A DNA stretch of 33,587 nt from Toensbergia leucococca (Eukaryota): assembly GCA_022813965.1 (NCBI GenBank), contig JALDZS010000035.1, positions 124,001-157,587 on the forward strand. Direction: 5' to 3'. Position 1 is the stretch's first letter; every line of letters starts with the position of its first letter. Below, piece by piece: positions 1-10,066 of the stretch. The notes under the pieces are model-generated. The model saw nothing but the letters and a program-made list of their open reading frames with translations, was not told where the DNA came from and searched no databases. Position numbers and translations under genes: made by a program.

Positions 1-1912
1 AAAGGAGAGTACCCAAGGCAGCCACACAAATAAAGCGTTGACCCGACCAGGAAGCAGGATTAATCTATCAAGTTACGGTAAGGCGCAGATCCAGCTTCCT
101 GGTGATCAGCACATCCTAGTAGGGATTAATGATCTGCTTGGATTTCCCCGATGTCTGAGACGGCGCTAATCATGTTGGTGCTCTTTGCGAAGCCCTATCC
201 TCCCTCCTACAGACGACAACTCGGACACCAAGATATTTTTGCCGAAGATCTTGGGTTACATTTCATCAAAAGGAAGAAGCAGGGCTTCTGATAGAAGATG
301 AGCTAAATAATTGACGATTAGAAAACATGGAGATAAGACGTACCTGTGAGACCGATAGAGATGAGGAGTCTGGATTTAGTTCTATCACATTCATCTCATG
401 TTTGTCAGGCTATCAGGCTGTCACAATATTTCGCACGGGTCCCATGCAAAATGACCGTGACCTTTTGATCGCGGCAATATCTGCTTGAGGACAGGTCTCC
501 TTTTCCCTCGGCCAACCAGAAGCTCGAGATGACATACGATTAAAGCAGCGGCATTCTGGAACGATACTGATGCCTGTTCTTCGCTTGATGGCCGCAAAGT
601 TAATCTGCTAGCGTTGAGCTTGGGCTAACGTTCTTCACTCCCACATTTGGACGCTTAAGTAAGGGTTGAATCAGGCTACCAAATCCTAATCATTGAGAAG
701 ATTCTTCAGATTGCAAATAGTCAAGAGTTCTTACTTTGTCGCTCGAAATCTTTTATACTACTTGTTGAAAATATACTAGCAGATGAGTTTGGAACCCGGT
801 CTCTTCCAGTTCCAGCGATAATCGAGCCTACACAACCAGTTGAAATGACGCGTAAGTTCGCGAAGAAAACGTACGAGACGATCAAGAGAATCAACTGGAT
901 AATTCAAAAGCATCGCACAAGGATATCCATCATTCAGGAAAACTCAATCAACTGCGAGTGCAACCTGAGTTTGCCCGTCCAGTGCCGGACGAACATCTTG
1001 CAGTCTTCACCTTCCAATATCTTTGAACCCTGAATCTCGGTTCCCAAGAAGGTTACTTTGACAAAGACGTGATCCGAGTGCTGAAAACGTACATGGTTTT
1101 TTCTAGTCTGTAAGTTGCAGACACAAGAAAGAATGAGGCAATAGTCCGAATTTGAATAGCGTGATGGTGAGTTTTCTATTCAGTCATCCGTATCGAGAAG
1201 CAAATTTCGCGAGAGATTTATCATACATCATATTTATCTTATTGATCCGTCCTCACTTCTGCTCTAGACCGATGTGAATCCCATCAACGGTTCTCATCTT
1301 GAAGACAAACGCATTGCTTCCAATATTACATTCTCCTACTGAAGTGCACAAAGTATTCTTTGCTTCATGAAGTGGTATTTTTCAATATTATAAATGCGCT
1401 TCAACAATATGCAGTGCCAGTATTAATCCAATTCATTGGACTATGTTCTGATATACTTCTTCACTTCAGTTGATCATTCCCATTCAACTATCATAGCAGG
1501 CTCTCACTCGTTCAATTTTTCTACCATTGACTCAACGTCAAGGAATTTCTCTTGAATGCAGTGAAGGTTCGGGATCAAACTGTAGAGTACATTAAACCAT
1601 TCAACAAATACGCTTAAATCCCTTGTCTCTATTTGCTCCAAATGACAAGATCGAGCAGATAAGATAAGGTTATTGAACAATACGCCCTACCACTTTATAT
1701 CGGTCAGCTTACATGACTACCCGCTTGGTGTAAGACGTACTCTCGGAATCAAACTGTCTGCAATTGTCTGCTTACTAAAATGGCCTCGCAGAGAAGCACT
1801 GTCGGTCTGGCTTAAATCTCAGTATGGCCGACAGCGGATGCGGGAGGCCCTCTAAGCAGACTGATTGCTGGCGTTGTACGAGAGGACAACCTTTCGAGCT
1901 CGAGGGTTTTTT

Positions 1913-3140
1913 TCAACCTTTCCTCCGCAACCCCAAAATATCGGAAAGCTTTACTTCACCTTTTCCTCCCCAGCCCGCAACCCCATTCTGAACCTCGGGC
2001 CGAACTGCTACGTACCAAGCCCAGGCCCTTCGATCGAGCTCTTCTTTACTCAAAACATGTGCCCATGAGCTGAAGAGCAAGTCGAGTGCATTCAGTAAGA
2101 TGCCCAGAGAACGCTCCTTCTCCGCGTTCACTACAGCCACGGACTTCTTCTTGGGCGAGGCCTCGGTAGTTGTTGAAAGTGAAGTAAATGACTTGAAAAG
2201 GTACGCTCGGGCAGATTGAGCAGTGTATATTGGCAGACCTGAACTATTCATACCTTGCGCCCCAGACATTAAAGGCCCGTTGGAGGAGCGGAGTGCTTCT
2301 AAGTCTAGCCCCCAAAGTGCTGGTTCACTATCGGACGGATTCTCCTGCTTTACATCGCCCTCATCCTCAATTCGCGTAGGTTCTATCTTTACGCCATCAA
2401 GACCCTCTTTCTTCGTCGTCACGTCTCCCATCGTAGTGTCCGCTTTCCAATCGTGACCCCACCTTTTCATCACCCTAATGTCTCGTCCCATGATGCGAAA
2501 TTTCGGCTGCCCTTGACCCCATCCGTCCTCTTCGGCACTATTTCCCTTTTCTATTCCCAAGCTGACTGCTTTGCTTCTGCTATTCGCGCTCACCACAGCT
2601 TGAGCTAAACTCAGGCGAGAGGATAGCGGTTGGCCAGGCATTGAGTATTTCAGAAGCGTAGTCGCAAAAGCCAATACCAAAGGAGCCCTGTTTGTATGGA
2701 GGACTATATGCTCTAGGTCTTGCTCATCTAAGGTCACTTGCGGTAGAGCGAGTGATTCCTCCAACGCTGCCGGTGTGAGGGGTTCATCGCCTAATACTGC
2801 CTTCTTGCGCTTGACCGGGGACTCGGACTGAGCATCGCTTGATGTTCTCTTTTTGGTGACCCGTTTGGCTGCATTGAGGATTTGCTTTGCGAGCTTCTCC
2901 TCTGGAAAGAATGCCTGAATGGCTTGTAGGTTTGATTTGGCAAGTAGAGCCGGGCTGCGCAAGTAAAGGGATCAGCTTTGGACAAACAAGCGCAGCTAAG
3001 AATACAAATTGGGGGTTTAGTTACCTGATCAGACTGCTCTTTTGTAAGTCTTTAATCTTACCCATGGCCATCGGTAGAGGTATTTTAGCATCTTGGGACA
3101 GAAAGCGCAGGAGTGTTTGGATCTCAGTGGCAGTGCTCAT
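1913..3140 (-). CDS. Conserved fungal hypothetical protein, ~385 aa, 2 exons
   Basis: Exon 1 3140-3025 (MSTATEIQTLLRFLSQDAKIP...), intron 3024-2955 (GTAACT..GCTGAT..CAG, 70 nt), exon 2 2954-1913 joins the 349-aa ORF in frame. Blocks NRAPLVLAF, SSRLSLAQAVVSANSRSKA, WGQGQP and WYVAVRPEV..G..GWG look like a conserved Pezizomycotina family; function not assignable. Confidence 0.85.
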
Positions 3141-3357
3141 GTTGAGGAGCAACCGTCTTGAATTGAGTCTTCTGTCACTTTGATGTAGGGATTAGATTGC
3201 GATGGCTCACTCATCATTGTACGTCATGTAGAATGAGATGAAGAAGCCGTGGTGTTCTGATGTTGAAATGTAGGGCTGAATTAAATACACAGCTCCTCCA
3301 CTCCACCAATGAACTTCATAGCCAGCAACCAAAGACTTTCACAAACACAAAATCGCC
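3141..3357. promoter_or_regulatory. Short (217 bp) putative bidirectional promoter
   Basis: The ATG at 3140 (- strand) and the ATG at 3358 (+ strand) diverge across 217 bp, so both promoters must lie in or overlap this interval. Confidence 0.55.
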
Positions 3358-5859
3358 ATGGAACCAGATTCTAAGATCAGGGAGTTCCCAGACATCGGGT
3401 CCAAATTACAAGCTCCTACAAAGAAGTCAGTCTTCGAACGTCAGAAAGCTGAGGCGGAAGCCAAGCGCCAGAGAGAACAGCAAGAGACGGCAGCAGTCTA
3501 CGAGGACTTTGTCAAGTCTTTCGATGATGAAAACACTTCTTCGCCGCCAACAGGCCCCACAGGTCGCCCTGGGTCAGGCTTTGGGGGTCCTGGTAGTTAT
3601 GGTCCTCCATCGAAGAGACACTTTTCTGGAGCACCAACAGGACCCAGTGGGAGAGGAGGGCCAAGTGGAGGTCGAGGGACCAGTGGGCCAGGAAGCTTAG
3701 GGCCGCCACCGCCTTCTTTGTCCCGGAAACGAGCATTTGATGGATCATCAATTGCGCAAAGAGACTCCAATCAAGGACTTTTCGCCTTTGAAGATTCAAA
3801 TACAGGGCCTTTGGATACCAAAGCTGCCTTCCAGAACTTGGACGACGAGGAGGACCATACAGACCGCGCGAGAATACAGGAGAGAGCGGCTCCGAAGCCT
3901 ACCCTTCGCCTATCTTCTTTGCCGCCAGGAACGTCTCCAGCGGTCATCAAGTCATTCTTGCCTGCGAATCTCAACATCGATGCAGTCCGCATCTTACCTC
4001 CGACTGGACCAGGCTCTATGGAGCGTCGATCACTATCAGCACTTGTTACTTTGGCCAAGACAACACCCGCAATTGAAATTGATACGGCCGTGAGTGCCTT
4101 GCAGAACAAATACCTCGGCTGGGGATTCTATCTGACTCTATCACGTCATTTATCCTCAGCTGCTGTTGGAGTAGACATGCCAGTGCCCATTGGCTTCTCT
4201 TCAGCAGCATCCTCTCTCCCCTTCGGCGCGCGACCGATTCCTATGGGGCCTGATTCTAGCCTAAATCGAGGACCACCCCCAGGCATACATCGGGGCGGTT
4301 TTGCTCCACCATCTTCCTACGCTCCTTCTGGTCCAGGGCAACATGGCAGGGGTGCAACCCCTGTTCAAGTCAATGTCAACCCTCCCTCGGATCTCAAGCA
4401 ACTCAAGCTTATTCATAAGACATTAGAAGCCCTGCTCACGCATGGGCCTGAATTTGAGGCGCTTCTGATGAGTCGGAAAGATGTGCAAAGGGACGAGAGA
4501 TGGGCTTGGATATGGGATTCACGGAGTACTGGGGGAGTGTGGTATCGATGGCGATTATGGGAGATTCTTACTAGAGCTCAGGAAAGAATCACTCAAGATA
4601 GAGGTAGGAGCAATGCAACTTCACAATATATCTTTGACGGAGCGGCGATCTGGTCTGTCCCGGAGAAGGGCCTTCCTTTTGAGTACACGACAAGAATAGA
4701 AGAATTCGTCTCAGACTCTGATTACGATTCATCAGAAGATGAAGACTCGGGCGACGAAGGACGTCGGCGACATCTCCACTATCAAGGTGGTGCTCCACCT
4801 CCTGATACCATGGCGGGCACTGCAGACGGCGACAACCAAGCCTACCTGAACCCCCTACAAAAAGCGAAGTTGACTCATCTCCTTGCAAGACTCCCAAACA
4901 CAAATGCCAAACTCCGCCGAGGAGATGTTGCCCGCGTCACTGCTTTTGCGATCCAACACGCCGGCGAAGGCGCCGAAGAGGTCGTTCAAATAATCACCTC
5001 CAACGTTCGCTACCCATTTGCCTTCACAACCGCTAACCCAGACCGCACCAACCCTCCAGACAATAATAACCCAATCTTCACTTCCACCTCCTCACCTGAC
5101 CCCCCGGAAAAAGAAGACACCTCACCATCAAAACTCATAGCCCTCTACATAATCTCTGATATCCTCTCATCCTCTTCCACAAGCGGTATTCGCCATGCCT
5201 GGCGGTACCGACAACTCTTCGAAGCAGCCCTGACCCAGCAAAACACCTTTGCCCACCTAGGCCGTCTGGAAAAAGAAATGCAATGGGGCCGTCTGCGCGC
5301 CGAGAAGTGGAAACGCAGCGTCGGAGCTGTACTCGCGCTGTGGGAGGGCTGGTGCGTTTTTCCCCAAGCGGCGCAGGAAAGTTTCGCGGGCGCATTTGCC
5401 AATCCGCCCCTTACTACGAGGGAGATGGAGGCCAGTAAGGCGGCGGAGAAGGCGGCGGCAGGGGCTGCGGCTGGGAAGTCGAAATGGAAGACTGTGGATG
5501 AGAAGGCGGATTTAGTGGAGCAAGAGAGGAGCGAATTAGGTGTTGATAGGGAGGCTATGGATTTAGGGGAGGATCTTGATGGGGAGCCTATGGATGATGG
5601 GAATGAAGACGTCGACGGCGAGCCGATGGAGGATTCGGATGAAGAAGAAGTAATTGATAATGAAGCCTTCGATCGCAATGACGACAAGGCGTCTCCTCGA
5701 GTTCTGATGGCCTCGAACGGCGATAGCGGAGCGGCGGTGGTATTTAAGATGGGCGGGCACAGTGAGGACAAGGATGCTGCGCCGCCCATCGCTGCTGCTG
5801 GGGCTAGAAGGAGGCGGCCCAAAGCGGAAGATATGTTTGCGGATTCGGACGATGATTAG
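3358..5859 (+). CDS. U2SURP: U2 snRNP-associated SURP-motif protein (U2SURP/SR140-like), 833 aa, intronless
   Basis: N-terminal KKS.FE.QK.EAE.KR.RE..ETAAVYEDFVKSF block, degenerate RRM-like region (PTLRLSSLPPGT), SURP/SWAP motif (LIHKTLE.LL.HGPEFEALLM...W.WIWD...VWYRWRLW), CID-like domain (KLIALYIISDILSSS...AWRYRQLFE...VLALWEGWCVF), acidic DLDGEPM/DVDGEPM tail. Confidence 0.88.
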   Translation: MEPDSKIREFPDIGSKLQAPTKKSVFERQKAEAEAKRQREQQETAAVYEDFVKSFDDENTSSPPTGPTGRPGSGFGGPGSYGPPSKRHFSGAPTGPSGRGGPSGGRGTSGPGSLGPPPPSLSRKRAFDGSSIAQRDSNQGLFAFEDSNTGPLDTKAAFQNLDDEEDHTDRARIQERAAPKPTLRLSSLPPGTSPAVIKSFLPANLNIDAVRILPPTGPGSMERRSLSALVTLAKTTPAIEIDTAVSALQNKYLGWGFYLTLSRHLSSAAVGVDMPVPIGFSSAASSLPFGARPIPMGPDSSLNRGPPPGIHRGGFAPPSSYAPSGPGQHGRGATPVQVNVNPPSDLKQLKLIHKTLEALLTHGPEFEALLMSRKDVQRDERWAWIWDSRSTGGVWYRWRLWEILTRAQERITQDRGRSNATSQYIFDGAAIWSVPEKGLPFEYTTRIEEFVSDSDYDSSEDEDSGDEGRRRHLHYQGGAPPPDTMAGTADGDNQAYLNPLQKAKLTHLLARLPNTNAKLRRGDVARVTAFAIQHAGEGAEEVVQIITSNVRYPFAFTTANPDRTNPPDNNNPIFTSTSSPDPPEKEDTSPSKLIALYIISDILSSSSTSGIRHAWRYRQLFEAALTQQNTFAHLGRLEKEMQWGRLRAEKWKRSVGAVLALWEGWCVFPQAAQESFAGAFANPPLTTREMEASKAAEKAAAGAAAGKSKWKTVDEKADLVEQERSELGVDREAMDLGEDLDGEPMDDGNEDVDGEPMEDSDEEEVIDNEAFDRNDDKASPRVLMASNGDSGAAVVFKMGGHSEDKDAAPPIAAAGARRRRPKAEDMFADSDDD

Positions 5860-7239
5860 GTGTTAGGAATTATCCGATGAACATTGATTGGTCTCTTTCA
5901 ACACATGCGTACTGCCGCTACTTTCTTCCACTCCATAGCCGAGTGAAATATGCCGGCACAGAATCGAAGAAGACTGGCGATAGTCATCGACAACATGGTC
6001 TACTCTACATCACTTCCTCCTTCTCGTGCCATCCTCGACTCTCACAAAAACTCTTCTTTTCATTCTCTGCACGTGCCATCTCTCATCCTCGTCACATCTC
6101 GCAAAAGAAAATGTCAAAAACCTACATCCAAATCGGCCATGGTTTAGTTATCCCAAACTTTCGCAATCTTCCATCTCGAGACTCGCCGAACTTGTTGCGG
6201 GAACTTTTGCCTACATGTTCAGCTCTGGAGAATTTGATTAAAATTTCGAATCGGGAATCCTGGCATAGATTATGAGATAGCCCCGTTGAAAAGCAAAACT
6301 AGCAAGCCAGTCATCCATCAATCTCCACCTTCTCAGCCTCTCAATACCTTCGACCCCTCTCCGTTTACCAACCCACCCCGTTGCCTTCGAACTTCTCAAC
6401 AGGGTTCATGTACTTGCAAGAAGAGGTAATCGCATCTAACCCATCCCATCCTACCAGGAGACATTTTCCTACTCGTTACACAAAAAGCACCCAAGACAGC
6501 AAAATTTCAAAAATCTCAGAGAGAGGGGGGGGAAAACAACACGCCACGATCTCCCTCGATCAGAAGCGCTTGGGGGTATTTGGTCAGACGGGGAAAGTTA
6601 TGTGTTGTCTTGAAGGGAAATTGAGTCAGGATTTTCAGTCCGGGGACTCGTTGCCATTTGATGCAAAGAAAAGGAGGAGGGATCGGGCTTTGGGAAAAAG
6701 AGGGCTCGTTGTGTAGAAAGGGCATGTCTTCTGAATCACACTATGGTATGAGTACCTAGCATTAAATATCTGAAAAAGGCAAATGTCAGCACCTTCCCTT
6801 TTGGTTTTCTCAAGAAGAAAGGGTCAAAAGATTTTAAAAAGATTTTATTATATCTTACACACCACACTCACCTCTCATTCACACACTGCAAACCCATCAG
6901 TTTCAGAAAAAGTCACTCAATATATTCTTCTTCTCATTCACCCCTCTCGAGCTCTTCTTCACGCCCCTCATCCCCACCCTCCACAAAAAACGCATCACAA
7001 AATTAAAAAAAGGTCCTCATATATCCCTTCTGACATCCTCAACAAAAAAACAACTTCACTCATCACATGAACCCCTCACAAAAACAAAACTGATCATCTT
7101 AATAATTTACTCAAATCTCTGTGACACAATCCTTTCAGCTCTCAAACGTTTCTTTTGCTTTTTTCTTTCTTGAAAATTTTTTTATCATTCTGCTGAAAGA
7201 AAAAGTAAGTAAGAATGCTGATTTGTGAATATATATATA

Positions 7240-7713
7240 CACCCCCCCCACCCCCCTCAGGCGCAATATCAACAACCGAAAATGTTATCATCCTGCAACC
7301 TCATCTCTCCTCAATTCCCCCTCACCTTCACAAGCCATATACCTGTTCCATTTGCGTGCCATCTAGATCACCTCCCCTGCAGTAGGGGCATCATCCTGAT
7401 ATCGTATCCCACATTTCCCACTTGATAATTCTTCACACCCCCGGGGCGCAAATACCATGGATTTTTGCAATCCGAACCTCCGTCTCATGAACCCTGAACC
7501 CTTGACTTCACCCTTCACTCACAGCTTTTGAGAGGGTGGAGTTGGCGGGCGGCTTTGCGTGGGAGAGGACCTCGTGTTCAGGGGGGGGTGAAGGGAGATT
7601 TGGAGGTAGAGGGGTGAGGGGGAGGTGCAGAAGCGAATGTGAACGCTCACCGTACCTATAGATAAAATGATAACATTTTCCTCGTTGATATTACGCCCGA
7701 GGGAGGGGGGGTG
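7240..7713. mobile_element. MITE-like non-autonomous DNA transposon (TA-flanked, Tc1/mariner-pogo type), ~474 bp
   Basis: Left end TA|CACCCCCCCCACCCCCCTCAGGCGCAATATCAACAACCGAAAATGTTATCAT (7238-7291). Reverse complement of the right end is TA|CACCCCCCCTCCCTCGGGCGTAATATCAACGAGGAAAATGTTATCAT (7715-7667). TA on both sides, no transposase ORF inside. A second copy of the terminus (GGGGGGTG|TA) lies at 7728-7737. Confidence 0.72.
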
Positions 7714-7827
7714 TACAGGTAACCAAAGGGGGGTGTACATATATCACCACCCAAAATCAGTAGAGTTGATTAAACTCAGTTCTCCAGCTCATCACATCCG
7801 AATTTAGAATGAAGACCTGATGATGCG

Positions 7828-9266
7828 ATGCATAATTTTTGTAGTGAGAAAGGGGCAAGGGTTGATAACACTCCTGTAGTATGGAATCCGATGCTTGATT
7901 CTCATCCATGGCTATAGATACCTCTTGAGAGGGACCTAGCCTTAGCGTTGCAACTGCAAAGGTTCGATATTCCTCCCTGGGAATCTTGCAGCCATTTTAG
8001 TGCAGCTCATTTCTCTCACACTATAACATAGAGAGAATTCGAGTGTCACGTTCTGGTCTCGTGTAGATCAGGGTAGCAAGACAGCATAGCATATCCGTAA
8101 TGCGTGTGTGCCGATTCCCAGTCAGAGCCTAAGGCCTGTGAGCCAAAGCAATGCAGCTAAAACAAAGGCTCTCTCCTCCTCCATCCGCATTCAACTTGAT
8201 GATCCTCTTGATGCCCATGTCAAGCGCTCGCGGACTGAGAACGTCCTCGTCGTCAGCAAGACTTCCTCTCTCCAGAGGACCCTTCCTATCCCCTTCAAGC
8301 TCCCAGAGCTTCCCGCCACTCTTAACAAAACTCACAAAATGCCCACCATCACGCTCATCCGTCGGATCCGCATAGCTGTCGCCGGCCTGCTCAACTGACT
8401 TGTGAGCAAGTTCAAATGGCTCGCTGTTGTATAGCATTTCAGCGCGTTTGGTCATATTCAGCGGTATGGCGAGGCTTCGTATCACGGCGAGATCGGAATC
8501 AGGCTTGATAAAGTCGACGGCCGGACCGTTGATCAAGCTATGGAGCAGACCAATTGAGCCGCAGGCGTGGCCGATGGTCTGCTTGAACCAGATGACCGGC
8601 TCATCAGGGCCGGAGCCAGTGTAGGGTTCTTTGTTAGCGTCTTCGGCCTTGCGACTTTGATCCCAAGCTGGTGTAAGTGGAATGATGACCAGCAGAGCCA
8701 GAGCAGGTCGGGGGATATGTGTGAGTTGTTCAGGTTCGTCCAGGGAGTAGACGTCGTAGAATTGAAGCTCGGACGATAGACCCAACTTCGTTGCCAATTG
8801 ATTCATTACATCGGGGTTGTTCTCTGTCATTTGTGATGAATTTCTACTCAAGAACAAGTGGTTCATGAGGGCTTAGATCCCTTACCAAGCATTACCCATG
8901 TCTTCTTTTCCATTGTGGGGAATCAATAGATGGAGGACGTTGAAAAGTCAGAAATGCTGGCAGGAAGGAGATGATGTAGAGATTGCAGGATCTGATTCTT
9001 AGAGCTATCACAAAACAGGCCGCCCGACTGCAGCTGTGAGATGCTCGAAGACTGCCATTGCGGGAAGCTGGACGTCATGATACAAGTAAAGAGTCACACT
9101 GTGGTATTTATATAATCTTTTCGGAAGACAGAAAGTGAAATAAACTCAAAGGTGCTCAGCTTGAAGTCAATATTACCATGTGAGGCAGAAGAAGACTTGA
9201 TTGTTTCACACTCAGAATCGAAGCTGTTATTGAAAGCAGCATAGTGATTCTTTATGCATAATTTTT
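7828..9266. repeat. 13-bp direct repeat ATGCATAATTTTT (7828-7840 and 9254-9266) bracketing the ubiquitin hydrolase gene
   Basis: Exact 13-mer read at both positions; identity stops on either side. Confidence 0.6.
8129..8913 (-). CDS. Ubiquitin C-terminal hydrolase, peptidase family C12 (UCH-L3/Yuh1-like), ~240 aa, 2 exons
   Basis: Exon 1 8913-8886 (MEKKTWVML), intron 8885-8824 (GTAAGG..CAG, 62 nt), exon 2 8823-8129, giving LENNPDVMN. Motifs FYDVYSLD, WFKQTIGHACGSIGLLH (oxyanion Gln, catalytic Cys), GHFVSFV (His), LWELEG.RKGP. Confidence 0.93.
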
Positions 9267-10066
9267 AAGAGATATTATGTGTGTGATTTAAAGCCCCTTA
9301 AGAATAGGTAGATCTCAAAACCCAAAAAACAGATTGAGTTGATGCAGATCTTTCTCAAAGCCCACACAAGCCCATCGCCAGATAAATGTTCCAATCCGTC
9401 CAAAACTACCCATGAGCTTGATGAACCAACATCCTCACCCCCTTTTCCCTCAAGCTCATTCTTCCCTCTTCCGCCTCTCAAACAAGAGAAAAAGCCAGAT
9501 GCCCTCTTTTTGATTTCCAGATATCCCCAGAAATCACAAGCCCGTCGCAACGGCTAAGCTTGGTAGTCGTCTCGACACTATGATCCTTAAGCTGAGGCGG
9601 CTGATGTAGCCATGTCATTCTCCTAATATTGTATCACTCGCTGCGCGCGAGCGGGCCATGGGAGTGAATATGTGAGGGATACCTTGGAGCGGTGTTGTTG
9701 AAGGCTTTGCCTTGTGTCAATGCTATGCACTAGACAGGGCATGGCGCATTGGTGGTTTGCTGCCCTCGAATTAATTTTCGCATCTGACCTTCGGTCCTAG
9801 CTGCAGAGCATTGTTTTACGTAACGCGATACTGTAAGTTGTCTCGTTGCTTCAAATTTAATGTGTCATTACTCGATAGGCGGCTGTAACGTTAGTGGAGG
9901 GGAGCAGTCTGTAGTTGTTTGCTACCATGCTGAGTCAAACTCGCTATGCTCTGCTGCCCAAATTCGGTCTTAATACCATCATACGTTGTTTATCAAAATC
10001 GAACTTGTAGCGTCCCGTGCGAAGAGTAATCTTGAATGGTTCGTAAAGTCAACTCGCTTACAGATG

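Noticed and set aside
775..842. tRNA-like string on the minus strand (ACTGGTTGTGTAGGCTC...GACCGGGTTCCAAACTC...GCTAGT)
   Set aside because: The T-loop lacks TTCRA, the T and anticodon stems do not pair, and the acceptor stem needs several G-U pairs. tRNAscan-SE would settle it.
1..1700. Possible decayed gene or RIP-like relic, including an intron-like 41-nt GTACGT..CTAAT..TAG on the minus strand at 343-303
   Set aside because: The frames I translated hit stops quickly and showed no recognisable motif; no model can be supported.
5145..5822. 225-aa antisense ORF, and similar ones at 19317-19871, 19399-20031, 28165-28767 and 30712-31188
   Set aside because: Shadows of real genes on the opposite strand, caused by codon bias.
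5877..7100. ORFs of 65-132 aa here and at 19983-20617
   Set aside because: Translations simply mirror homopolymer-rich intergenic DNA.
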